64,000 nucleotides of DNA from Promethearchaeota archaeon Loki_b31. GTDB taxonomy: Archaea; Asgardarchaeota; Lokiarchaeia; Sigyniarchaeales; SOKP01. The translations under genes were made by a program, and so were the position numbers. Shown here piece by piece: positions 48,806-58,551 of this stretch; the first letter of the stretch is position 1; every line of letters starts with the position of its first letter. Below the pieces are notes generated by a model that was not told the origin of the DNA, searched no databases, and saw only the letters and a list, made by a program, of their open reading frames with translations. Where the stretch lies: contig NJBI01000007.1 in NCBI GenBank assembly GCA_005222975.1, positions 23,752-87,751 on the forward strand, given 5' to 3'.

Positions 48806-50992
48806 ATGAGCGAAATACGGATTCACCTACCTATAGTCTTCCATTTTCATCAACCAGTGGATAATTTCAGTTTTGTCATTGAGGATGCCTATGAAAAGTC
48901 ATATAAACCCTTAATTGAGAATATTTTCAAAAATCTTGAGGTAAAGATTACTCTTCACTTTTCAGGAAATTTATTGGAGTGGTTCTTAGATAATAAGCCA
49001 AATTTTATAAAAATGTTAAAAGTCATGGCAAAAAGAGGGCAGATTGAGATAATTGGCGGGGGTTATTACGAACCTATTTTTGCTATTATACCTAATAGGG
49101 ACAAAATAGCCCAAATAAAGAAGCTATCTGACTTAATAAAAAAAGAGTTTGGATTAGATGTTAAGGGGGCTTGGTTATCAGAAAGAGTGTGGGAACCAAA
49201 TTATCCCTCGTTTTTGAGTGAAGTTGGATTGAAATATACAATCGTTGATGATAATCATTTCAGATCTACAGGAATTACGGAGAAAGATACCCTTTATTCT
49301 TATGTTACTGAAGATGAGGGGAAAACGCTTAGAATATTTCTTATCAATGAAAAATTAAGATATTTGGCCCCTTGGAAGCCTACATATATGTCAATTGAAT
49401 ATTTGAAAAATGTTGCGGATGAAAAAGGTGATAGGTGCGTTTTATTCATGTCTGATGCGGAAAAAATGGGCGTTTGGGGCACCACACACCAAATATGTTA
49501 CATTCAAGGTCATGAAGAGGGAGACGAGGGTAAACCTTTTATCCCAGCGTTTTTTGAACAAATTGTAAATAATAAATGGATTAAATCGATCACTCTCTCG
49601 GAGTATATGGAAAAATTTCCAGCAAGAGGATTAATATATCTACCTACAGCAAGTTACGATAAAATGGAGGAATGGGTTTTACCAACTAAAGAAAGGAAAG
49701 CTTTTAAGAAAATTAGAAAAATTCTTAGAGACGATCCCAAAAAACAGGAGGAATACTTATTTTTAAAGGGAGGATTTTGGCGATATTTCTTGGTTAAATA
49801 TCCAGAATCTAATAACATGCACAAGAAAATGCTTTATGTGCGAGAAAAACTCATTCAAGTTGAGAAACAGGTAAATAAAATAAAGAACGAGGAAAATAAA
49901 AGCGAAATTAAAACTAGGATAGCGGAAGCTTGGGAAGAAATATATAAAGCGCAATGTAACGATAGTTACTGGCATGGATTATTCGGTGGTGTATATTTGC
50001 AATTTTTACGGTTTTCCGTATATGCTCATCTTATTAACGCTGAAAATATTATAGATAGCTTGAATTCAGAATTCTACTCGATTGCAAATAAATATATCTC
50101 AATTACACCCATAGATTTCAATAAAGACAGTAAAATGGATGTTATAATAGAATCTAATATATTAAACCTATATATAAACCCCTCGGATGGAGGGACTATA
50201 TTTGAATTAGACTATAAGCCAAAATCTTATAACCTTTTAAATACTTTAACTAGGTGGCCTGAAGCGTATCACGACAACGAAGACGACGAAATAGATAAAG
50301 ACGAGGTTATGGTTGATCGTTATAAGAAAAGCATGTTGCGAATTAGATTTTTTCAAATCGATATATCGCTTGAACAACTTGAAACTGACCATTTTTACGA
50401 ATTTGGAACATTTACTGACGGGGAATTTAAAGTTATTAGAAACGAAAAAGATGGGAAATCTGCTATATTAGAATTAGAACACTTTGGAACGGTAAAAGAT
50501 CCAGAATCAGGTGAGTGCTACCCTTGTAGGATCCTTAAGATAATCGAGGTTGAGGAAAATCAGATTGTTATTACAATAAAAGGTAATTTTCAAAAAATTT
50601 CTGGAGAAGAAGAGGTGTTAAAAAGGATACTAGAAAAATTATATTTAGGCGTAGACCTTCCTTTCTTTTTCAATGGTGATCCCAATAAATTTGAGTGGGA
50701 AAGTAACCAAGTGTTGTTTCTAGAAGGGAAAAAAAGTTCACTATTAAAACCATTTGAATACTTCGGTCACCACTTTAAAGCTTACGACGAATCTTATAAG
50801 TTAAACTTTGAATATTCGTTATCTAGTCAAATTAAAGCAGATACAGATACCATAAAAATATATAAATTTCCGATAGTTGCATACGCGTTCACTGACGAGG
50901 GATATAAAAAGATATACCAAGGGATAAATGTTCTACCTCGATTTAAACTTAAGAAAGAATTCGAGTTTAATTTAATAATTAGCATTTACTAA
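48806..50992 (+). CDS. GH57 alpha-amylase / 4-alpha-glucanotransferase
   Basis: HFHQP, GGGYYEP, WLSERVWEP, DAEKMG, SYDKMEEW, GGFWRYFLVKYPESN, AQCNDSYWHGLFGGVY. Confidence 0.94.
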   Translation: MSEIRIHLPIVFHFHQPVDNFSFVIEDAYEKSYKPLIENIFKNLEVKITLHFSGNLLEWFLDNKPNFIKMLKVMAKRGQIEIIGGGYYEPIFAIIPNRDKIAQIKKLSDLIKKEFGLDVKGAWLSERVWEPNYPSFLSEVGLKYTIVDDNHFRSTGITEKDTLYSYVTEDEGKTLRIFLINEKLRYLAPWKPTYMSIEYLKNVADEKGDRCVLFMSDAEKMGVWGTTHQICYIQGHEEGDEGKPFIPAFFEQIVNNKWIKSITLSEYMEKFPARGLIYLPTASYDKMEEWVLPTKERKAFKKIRKILRDDPKKQEEYLFLKGGFWRYFLVKYPESNNMHKKMLYVREKLIQVEKQVNKIKNEENKSEIKTRIAEAWEEIYKAQCNDSYWHGLFGGVYLQFLRFSVYAHLINAENIIDSLNSEFYSIANKYISITPIDFNKDSKMDVIIESNILNLYINPSDGGTIFELDYKPKSYNLLNTLTRWPEAYHDNEDDEIDKDEVMVDRYKKSMLRIRFFQIDISLEQLETDHFYEFGTFTDGEFKVIRNEKDGKSAILELEHFGTVKDPESGECYPCRILKIIEVEENQIVITIKGNFQKISGEEEVLKRILEKLYLGVDLPFFFNGDPNKFEWESNQVLFLEGKKSSLLKPFEYFGHHFKAYDESYKLNFEYSLSSQIKADTDTIKIYKFPIVAYAFTDEGYKKIYQGINVLPRFKLKKEFEFNLIISIY

Positions 50993-51124
50993 TACTAGTT
51001 TTTTCTCATAAAATTACAAATATGTCTATTTTAGCAATAATTTTGTCGTTTTTAACTAGTTTTAAATATATTAACAGCATAATAACAACTATAACTTTAT
51101 AAAAAAATTGTGGTGTTCTAGTTT

Positions 51125-51268
51125 ATGCGAGATTATAACAAAGGAAAACAAAATGGCTACGCGTATACGAGCAATTCTGTAAAACAACGAATTGAAAATA
51201 ACGAATTTATTAAAAAAATCCGCAAAAAGCTAATGCAAGAACGAATTAAAAAATCTTTTTCTAAATAA
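51125..51268 (+). CDS. small basic protein (47 aa), below ORF-track cutoff
   Basis: MRDYNKGKQNGYAYTSNSVKQRIENNEFIKKIRKKLMQERIKKSFSK*; SD-like GGTG 9 nt upstream; TATA-like TTTAAATA at 51061. Confidence 0.55.
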   Translation: MRDYNKGKQNGYAYTSNSVKQRIENNEFIKKIRKKLMQERIKKSFSK

Positions 51269-51448
51269 ATTTATATTCAGCCAAATCCATTGGCTAAAAA
51301 AGGTAAGAGCTTCCCCCTTCTAACTTTTAAAGTTAATTAAGAATAATAAAATTGAATTATCTGAGCTTAAAACGCGATTAAAGTAAAATTTATTAATTGA
51401 CATAGATTTATTTTTTTATTAAACTACTATTGTAAGAAGGGATAAATT

Positions 51449-52162
51449 ATTTCTATCAAATGGAGAAATAGAGGATTTATAATAACTCTTATTTTATCTA
51501 TGTTTATTTTAATTTTACTAGCACCTAGTATGTTTAATTTTAATGAGTCTTTTCAAATAGGAAGATATACTGAAGAAGCAGATTTTAATAATAGCTTTAC
51601 TGATGGAACAGTGGGAGTTAGAGTAACATTATACTTAGAATATCAAAATCAAGAAATTTATAATGTCAGAACCACAATTATTCCGATTTCTAGTGGTGAA
51701 ATTGTGAACAACGGTCTTATATCTATAAAGTTGTATTATTACACACAAAGCGTATCAAGATTATACATAGATTCAACTTGGGACCCCCCAAGTAGTGATT
51801 TTAGTCATTCTACAAGAGTTTCCCTAGCCAAGGATTATAACATTACAATTAATGGTATTGCCGAAGTACAATGTGTTGTTAATGAAGTTCTTGTCAATGA
51901 AACAATTTCATATACTTTAACCTTTATAGTACCATTAGGTTTAAAAGAATTTGCCGACTTGGATCTACAGATTTACGTAATATTTTATTTATATTTATTA
52001 TTAATTCCTCTTACGCCATTTATTTTATTATATATATTTAAGCCTTTATTTGGAATTAAGATTGATGAGGAAACTCGAAAAAAGGATGAACTGTTTCTTA
52101 GTTATTTTGGTAGAACAGATAAAGAAAAACAAAAAGAAAACACTATTAATAACTCTGAATAA
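51449..52162 (+). CDS. secreted/membrane-anchored protein with N-terminal signal and C-terminal TM helix
   Basis: Extending from ATG 51500 to ATT 51449 completes a signal peptide (SIKWRNRG + hydrophobic core); beta-rich ectodomain with N-x-S/T sites; C-terminal TM. Confidence 0.75.
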   Translation: MSIKWRNRGFIITLILSMFILILLAPSMFNFNESFQIGRYTEEADFNNSFTDGTVGVRVTLYLEYQNQEIYNVRTTIIPISSGEIVNNGLISIKLYYYTQSVSRLYIDSTWDPPSSDFSHSTRVSLAKDYNITINGIAEVQCVVNEVLVNETISYTLTFIVPLGLKEFADLDLQIYVIFYLYLLLIPLTPFILLYIFKPLFGIKIDEETRKKDELFLSYFGRTDKEKQKENTINNSE

Positions 52163-52176
52163 TATAGAAGATAATT

Positions 52177-52851
52177 CTATTCAGGAAAACCCCATTCTCC
52201 TATTAATGGAACAAACCTAACCCCAGTTATTTTCTTAAAGTCGTAGTTTTTTCCTTTTTTAGAAATTACATAGAGATCTTGACCCCATTCTTTAGAACCG
52301 GCAGGAATGCAAAGAATTCCTCCATCTTTTAATTGCTTTTTTAAGGGAGGGGGTACTTTTTTAGGAGATGATGCAGTTACTAAAATTTTATCGTATGGAG
52401 CTTCTTGAGGGTGTCCTAAGGTCCCATCTCCATGGATGACTGTAACAGAATCACCGTAACCCGCATTAATTAATCTAATTTTAGCTCTATCTGCTAACTC
52501 TAAGTGTCGTTCTATTGTGTATATGTGTCCGGGATTTTGTGAATTCTTTGGAGCTATGATCTCAGCACACAAAGCGGCGTGATATCCTGAACCGGTTCCA
52601 ATCTCTAGAACTTTATCACCTTCCTTTAGTTTTAACAACTCACACATCATTGCGTTCATGTGGGGAGCGGAAATAGTTTGCCCCAAACCTATGGAAAGTG
52701 GAGAATCTATATAAGCCGAAGATATAGCACGTTCAGGTAAAAATTTATGGCGGGGGACTTTTAACATTGCCTTAATTACATTCGGTTCGGTCAAAATACT
52801 TCGCTTTTTAAGGCTTTCTACTAGATTTTTCCTTTTTTCTTCAAATTCCAT
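52177..52851 (-). CDS. pcm: protein-L-isoaspartate O-methyltransferase
   Basis: VPRHKF, GQTISAPHM, VLEIGTGSGYHAA, APYDKILVTA, VRFVPL. Confidence 0.96.
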   Translation of the reverse strand: MEFEEKRKNLVESLKKRSILTEPNVIKAMLKVPRHKFLPERAISSAYIDSPLSIGLGQTISAPHMNAMMCELLKLKEGDKVLEIGTGSGYHAALCAEIIAPKNSQNPGHIYTIERHLELADRAKIRLINAGYGDSVTVIHGDGTLGHPQEAPYDKILVTASSPKKVPPPLKKQLKDGGILCIPAGSKEWGQDLYVISKKGKNYDFKKITGVRFVPLIGEWGFPE

Positions 52852-52909
52852 AAAAATTCTTCGCCTTAATATGTTATTTTTTAGTGATTCTTAATTTGAA
52901 ACATTTGAT

Positions 52910-54160
52910 TTATGTCCGATACATGATATAAACTTTATCATCTATCTGAACCTCACTACTTAACCGCATGTTTACTTTAAATGGGCTGTCAAATCTTTTT
53001 TTATAAATGTTTTTAATTTTTTCGCCCTTAAAGACCATATGCTTAATTTTTTGATGGTGATAAGTATTATCACCCACAATAATGATTTCGTTTCCTAGTT
53101 CTAGATTAAATTCTTTGATTTCAATTAATACATTTGCGGTCATGCTATTTTCATTAAATGATAATATCTTTCCAAGATAGTGTTTTTTATATGGGGATAT
53201 ATTTCCTCTGCTTTCTAATTCAACATCTTCAATTGTTGGTCTGTGAAAATAAAATCCTGTGTGAAACCCGCGATTATAGACTTTAGCTAACCTTTCTAAC
53301 CAGTCGCGAACCTTTTCTTGTGTGAATGTATTTTCAAAATAGCTGTCTATTGCTTCTCGGTAGCACTTAGTTACCGTTTCTATATATAGTGGATCTTTCA
53401 TTCTACCTTCAATTTTGAAAATATTAATATTAGCTTCAATTAATTCTGGAATATATTCAATCATACAGAGATCTTTTGCGTTCAAGAACATTTGCCCATC
53501 GTATATGAATTCATTATTTTCATCGTCAATTACTCGCCACTCTCTTCTACATGGCTGAACACAATTACCTCGGTTTGCCGAAAATTCTTCAGAATCACAA
53601 ATTGTAGCTGATAGATAGCATCGACCTGAAATCGAAGTGCACATCGAGCCGTGAACAAAGCATTCAATTTGCGTCTTAGTTAAATGATGTTTAATAAGCT
53701 TTATTTGTTTAAGAGATAGCTCTCTGGCTAAAATAATTCTCTCAGCGCCTACATCTTCAAAAAATTTAGCAGATTCAATGTTAGATACATTTGCTTGGGT
53801 TGAGATGTGAAATCTTAGTTTTTCGCGTTTAGCAAACTTTATTACCGCTAAATCGTGAGCAATTATAGCGTCTATACCCGCTTTCTTTGCTTCTAATATC
53901 AATTTCTCTAAATCTTGCAATTCAGAATCGTAGATTAAGATGTTTGTCGCTAAATATGCTTTCAATGGTGGTTTTTGATGATGACAGAATTTTACTATCT
54001 CTTTAAGTTCGCCTCTTTCGAAATTTTTAGCTTTAGCTCTCATATTATATTTCTTGACGCCAAAATAAATAGCATCAGCTAATCCAGTAACATTTCTTAA
54101 AGATGTCCAATCTTGTGCGGGAGCAAGTAATTCTGGCTTATTTAACGGCTTTTTTGCCAT
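52910..54160 (-). CDS. peptidase U32 family protein (TrhP/RlhA-like Fe-S hydroxylation family)
   Basis: PELLAPA, HISTQAN, LARELS, ECFVHGSMCTSISGRC, NRGNCVQPCR, KDLC, KIEGRMK. Confidence 0.93.
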   Translation of the reverse strand: MAKKPLNKPELLAPAQDWTSLRNVTGLADAIYFGVKKYNMRAKAKNFERGELKEIVKFCHHQKPPLKAYLATNILIYDSELQDLEKLILEAKKAGIDAIIAHDLAVIKFAKREKLRFHISTQANVSNIESAKFFEDVGAERIILARELSLKQIKLIKHHLTKTQIECFVHGSMCTSISGRCYLSATICDSEEFSANRGNCVQPCRREWRVIDDENNEFIYDGQMFLNAKDLCMIEYIPELIEANINIFKIEGRMKDPLYIETVTKCYREAIDSYFENTFTQEKVRDWLERLAKVYNRGFHTGFYFHRPTIEDVELESRGNISPYKKHYLGKILSFNENSMTANVLIEIKEFNLELGNEIIIVGDNTYHHQKIKHMVFKGEKIKNIYKKRFDSPFKVNMRLSSEVQIDDKVYIMYRT

Positions 54161-54172
54161 GATAATTGAAAA

Positions 54173-55884
54173 TTTCTATTGTTCTGTTGAAAAATAACAG
54201 TCTTCGTATTAAAATAACCTTCTAATTATTTATAAAATATTGGTAATTTCTACAAAATTCCAAAATTTATGCCAATTATCAACCTTTCCATTGGAGGAAA
54301 GACCAGCCCTAAGGTTATCAGGCTGTGCACTCGTCACCGAGTTCAAGACATATTTCATTTGTAACGCTTTTTTCATTACTTCGGAAGTCTTGAAGGAAGT
54401 TATCCCGCAGTGCTTGAAAAAATCGTGGAGTTTAGCCCAGTTATAGTAGGGACTGCTTGGTTTCAAACGGGGTTTTATAGCGTCCCCGACTTGTGCAAGC
54501 AACCACTTATAAATGGTTGGAAGTTCTTCCTTAAACCCCAAACCTTTTCGAGCGATCACATAACTTGCTAATACATGAGTAGATAAATTACGTGAGATTG
54601 AATATTTATACTTGCCAATTAATGATGTGTATGCCGGGTGTACCTTTCTAACGGCAACACCTCTTTTAAAGCACTTTCTTTTTAATAAAGCTAAAACTGA
54701 AGTTTTAAAATTGCTTAATTTTCTATTGCGTTTTTTACCATAAGAAAATTCTTGTTCAAAGGAAAGGTCTTCAATCACCAGTCCCTTCTTTTTATTAATG
54801 CAATAGTTAACCACCTTATCCATCTTATAACTTATATAATCTGCACTCTTGTTTTTACGATATGAATGCAAGTTTCTAAACTTAATTTCGTGATAACTCT
54901 TGAAATTACCCTTTTCATCCATGTTACAGAGAGAAATAAAATTATAATTCATGTCTAGCCCTACAGCTCCGTGTTCAAAGCCATAACGCATTTCCACTTC
55001 GGGGATTTCGTAAGAAATGTGAGCGAAATATCGTACGCTACCCTTTATTAAGCGTCTCACGACTTCTACTTGATATAATTCCAAACCGAGTATTTCGTTA
55101 AACCATTTCTCTTGCTTGTAATTCACGGTAAATGGAATTATTAACCATTTCTTCCCTTTTTCCTTAGAAAATGTTCGAACCCTAAGAGTCGTGTTAGGAA
55201 GGATTTTTAAGTTCAAATTAATTCCTCGCCTTTTACCCACGCAACAAAAAGAGGAGTCCCTTCTAATTTTAAACTCGTCTCTGCTAATATTGCCGAGTAT
55301 CCTCTCTCGAAATAACCGTTTCGTGCCAAATACGACCGGTTTAAGTCTTAAAGCGCGTAACTTATTTTGAACAGACGATAAACGGGAGTAAAGCCCTCTT
55401 AATCGCTTATCTCTCTTATCTTTTTGCTTTATTTGTTCAATCCTCTTAATAATCGTAGTTATTTGAAGTTTTAGATATTTCTTATGTTTTGCATACCATG
55501 TTTGTTGCTGGGCTAACTTAGTCTCACAGTCAATCAGGATGCTATTTACATAGGGATTGTTCTGACAGAGTTCCATTAAACACGGCTGAACGAGCTTTCT
55601 CTGTTCTGTTTTGGTCAGATCCATGTCTTTTAAAGTAAAATAGAGTTTAAATCCCACTCGTCTAACTCTATTGTAGATGGTAAAAATTTCGTGTAGTTTT
55701 CTTTCCTGTGAAGGAGTTGGATGTAAGCGGAACTTGACTGTCGTTATCATGATTTTTTTATCTGATTTTTATTTAAAATAAATGTTTTTAAATAAACATT
55801 TAAAATCCAAGAGAGCGTGGAATTTTGCTTTTTTATAGAATTTTATAATAATTTATTTATAAAGTTTCAACAAACAGTTGAAAC
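54173..55884 (-). mobile_element. solo TnpB-like element (no TnpA in window); boundaries approximate
   Basis: tnpB-like ORF flanked by hairpins (55780-55801, 55864-55884, 54184-54200) and a TTCAA right-end-like motif near 54187-54191 on the minus strand. Confidence 0.6.
54230..55750 (-). CDS. tnpB: IS200/IS605-family TnpB-related RuvC protein
   Basis: TVKFRLHPT N-terminus, RuvC-I VGLDMN, RuvC-II VIEDL, VHPAYTS, STHVLASYVIARKGLG. Confidence 0.88.
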   Translation of the reverse strand: MITTVKFRLHPTPSQERKLHEIFTIYNRVRRVGFKLYFTLKDMDLTKTEQRKLVQPCLMELCQNNPYVNSILIDCETKLAQQQTWYAKHKKYLKLQITTIIKRIEQIKQKDKRDKRLRGLYSRLSSVQNKLRALRLKPVVFGTKRLFRERILGNISRDEFKIRRDSSFCCVGKRRGINLNLKILPNTTLRVRTFSKEKGKKWLIIPFTVNYKQEKWFNEILGLELYQVEVVRRLIKGSVRYFAHISYEIPEVEMRYGFEHGAVGLDMNYNFISLCNMDEKGNFKSYHEIKFRNLHSYRKNKSADYISYKMDKVVNYCINKKKGLVIEDLSFEQEFSYGKKRNRKLSNFKTSVLALLKRKCFKRGVAVRKVHPAYTSLIGKYKYSISRNLSTHVLASYVIARKGLGFKEELPTIYKWLLAQVGDAIKPRLKPSSPYYNWAKLHDFFKHCGITSFKTSEVMKKALQMKYVLNSVTSAQPDNLRAGLSSNGKVDNWHKFWNFVEITNIL

Positions 55885-56048
55885 AATATCTCTTTTTTAC
55901 ATAAATTGTTTTTTGATATGTTTTTTAATATAGTAGCAATTATTAGCCCTAAAAATTGAGAAAAATTAAACTAAAATAAATATAATAAAGAATGTCTTTT
56001 TTGTTCTACGAATAAGTGGAGAAATTTATACATCAAATATTTAAATAG

Positions 56049-58442
56049 ATGATTTTATATTTTATGCAAAAAGACATAAAGAATTTTTTATTCGTTTATT
56101 ACGAAATTAAAAATTTTAGATTAAATTTTTTAGGGGATACTATTATCTCTAAGAAAATAATCAAAAAAATATTACAATTTAGTATAAAAAATAGAGGTTT
56201 AATGTTGAGGAAAACAAAGGTTTTAATCATTATTAACATAACATTGCTAATTTTTTTACTAGGGTTAAATTTACGCCCAAATAACGCTAACGCTCAAAGT
56301 AATGGAGATTCTTTAACTATTGATGTTAATTATAGCATACATGAATTTGCAAACTTTTCTAGTATTCAAACAAATACAAATAACATAAACATAAGTCTCC
56401 CTAGTACGAAATGGAATATTACTAATTTAGAACTTGACTTTACCGATATTAAATTAGGAGAAGAGGTACAGTCAATTGAAGAAGGAGGGGATAGTTTTAA
56501 ATCAATATATAAAAGTGTGAAGGGTTATGGGGTTCAACTTAACATCACAGAAGATATTACACTCTTAGGAGTTTATATATATGGGTATTTAGAAGCGATA
56601 CCAAAAAGCGATGTGTATGTTCAAATTAATGGATATGGCCAATCTAACGATTTGCCGAATAATACGGTATATGGTGAACCAGTGCAAATTAATATATCAA
56701 GCATTCCCAATTGGTACATTCAATCATTTCCAGAACCAATACCTCTTTCGAAAGGAAACTATTATTTAGTAGTTAATGGTTCTGCATATGAAACAAATGA
56801 TAATTCCAAACATAATTGGTTTTTAAACGAGGATGATTCAATCCATACAAACCTGTATATATCTAAATACGATGGTAGTAATTGGTCCATTGAAGGGCAA
56901 GGTAAACCTTTTAGGCATAAATTAATACAAAGAACTGAACAATCATATAATCCGGAAGCTATTAATATGACTATAGTAGTCGATGGTAATATATATAATA
57001 TAACTAATGATTTACCTGGAAGTGGAAAAGTGGAAATATCTAATATTAACCTACCACTAAATCAAACTGATTTAATTTTCCCGGTTTATCATAATCAATC
57101 TGTTGAATTAATGTTTAATGTAAATTACTTCCTTGAATTTAAAAACTACTTAACTTCTCCGGGGACTCTTCAGATATCAGAAACCCATAATAACTACTGG
57201 AGTGTAATTCCTTTAATCAACCCCGATTTTTCTAATTATACCGTGAAATTTAACTTTCCTCAAAATTGGTTTGATGTTAATGTGTTAAGGAATGATATTA
57301 ATATCACTGGTATAGTTGATATTAATTATATTGAAAACGATATCTTCATTCCTGCTAATCTAATTTCAGAAGGTGATTTATGGGAAATAACCGCTCGTTT
57401 ATTAAAAATTGATTTTGGTCTCGATGTAAGTAGAACAGAATTTTTAGCAGGTCAAGAATTAAAATTCTTTATCTCAGAGCCCTTGTTGAATGGAAATTAT
57501 ACTTTTAACTTAAACGACCCATTTCACGATAAAATTTACACGAGTAATAAAACTCTCCCTTCAGAATCAAATTCGTTTACTTACATTATCCCATTAAGTG
57601 CTATACACGGAGACTATAAAGCTTACATCTATTGGTTCAACGGTACCGACGCAGGAGTTACAACTCAGATATTTGTAATCACTTTACCTTTTGCAATAAA
57701 TTGGTTTTTAGTCGTTTCAGTCATAATAGTTGTTGGTTTAACTTCTGCAGTATCAGCATCGTCTTACATGCTAATTAAAAAAAGCAGGAAAAAGAGCGCT
57801 GCTCGGAAAGAAACTATTTACAATAGATGCATGGATATTTTGAATTTGAACTATTTACTTATTATAGAGAAGAAATCTTCTTTAAATGTATACGATCAAG
57901 TCTTCACTGACAAAAAATTGAATACAACGTTAATATCTGGGTTTTTAGAAGCAATAAGAACCTTCGGATTAGATATTACTGGTTCTGAAGATCAATCACA
58001 AACTATTAAACTCGAATATAAAAATTCTAAAATTATAATGTCAGATTTTAAAAACTTTAGAATAATCTTTATAATGAAAGATCTTCCTTCCAACCAATTT
58101 TTTAATTCAATAGAGGCTTTATCTTACGAAATAGAAGAAAAATATGGGACTCATCTTAAGGAATTTAAAGGAAACTTACAACCATTCAAAAATATGGAAG
58201 ATTTAGTTAAGAAACATTTTAGAACTTCCTTTTTATACCCATTAAAAGTTGTAGGAACGGGTAAAACTAAAATTTCTGCTACTGAGAAGGCAATGATAGG
58301 TAGAGCTATGGTTTCAATGAAAAAAAACAACTCACAATATTGTTATACTACTCAACTAATGCAAGAAAAAGGATTTAATTCAAAGGATATCGAAATAATA
58401 TTCTCTTTAATAGATAAGAAAGTTTTTCAACCAATAATTTAA
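56049..58442 (+). CDS. single-pass membrane glycoprotein with cytoplasmic longin/roadblock-like domain
   Basis: Probable start 56202/56205 behind GAGG; signal peptide; about 18 N-x-S/T sites; TM WFLVVSVIIVVGL; cytoplasmic YLLIIEKKSSLNVY..LISGFLEAIRTFG motif. Confidence 0.82.
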   Translation: MILYFMQKDIKNFLFVYYEIKNFRLNFLGDTIISKKIIKKILQFSIKNRGLMLRKTKVLIIINITLLIFLLGLNLRPNNANAQSNGDSLTIDVNYSIHEFANFSSIQTNTNNINISLPSTKWNITNLELDFTDIKLGEEVQSIEEGGDSFKSIYKSVKGYGVQLNITEDITLLGVYIYGYLEAIPKSDVYVQINGYGQSNDLPNNTVYGEPVQINISSIPNWYIQSFPEPIPLSKGNYYLVVNGSAYETNDNSKHNWFLNEDDSIHTNLYISKYDGSNWSIEGQGKPFRHKLIQRTEQSYNPEAINMTIVVDGNIYNITNDLPGSGKVEISNINLPLNQTDLIFPVYHNQSVELMFNVNYFLEFKNYLTSPGTLQISETHNNYWSVIPLINPDFSNYTVKFNFPQNWFDVNVLRNDINITGIVDINYIENDIFIPANLISEGDLWEITARLLKIDFGLDVSRTEFLAGQELKFFISEPLLNGNYTFNLNDPFHDKIYTSNKTLPSESNSFTYIIPLSAIHGDYKAYIYWFNGTDAGVTTQIFVITLPFAINWFLVVSVIIVVGLTSAVSASSYMLIKKSRKKSAARKETIYNRCMDILNLNYLLIIEKKSSLNVYDQVFTDKKLNTTLISGFLEAIRTFGLDITGSEDQSQTIKLEYKNSKIIMSDFKNFRIIFIMKDLPSNQFFNSIEALSYEIEEKYGTHLKEFKGNLQPFKNMEDLVKKHFRTSFLYPLKVVGTGKTKISATEKAMIGRAMVSMKKNNSQYCYTTQLMQEKGFNSKDIEIIFSLIDKKVFQPII

Positions 58443-58551
58443 ATTAAAATTTCTTTTCTTCTTTTTTCTACGCTAACTTTATATTTCTAAACATCGAAAT
58501 CTAAATTATACATTATGTTAAAACATAATTTTAATAGAAAAATTCTTCTGT

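Noticed and set aside
54230-55750. Calling the RuvC protein a Fanzor or Cas12
   Set aside because: RuvC-II Glu is in the ordinary TnpB position (VIEDL) and there is no CRISPR array.
55864-55884. GTTTCAA...TTGAAAC resembles the ends of an archaeal CRISPR repeat next to a Cas12f/TnpB-like gene
   Set aside because: Single 21-bp copy, no repeat-spacer periodicity and no cas genes; not an array.
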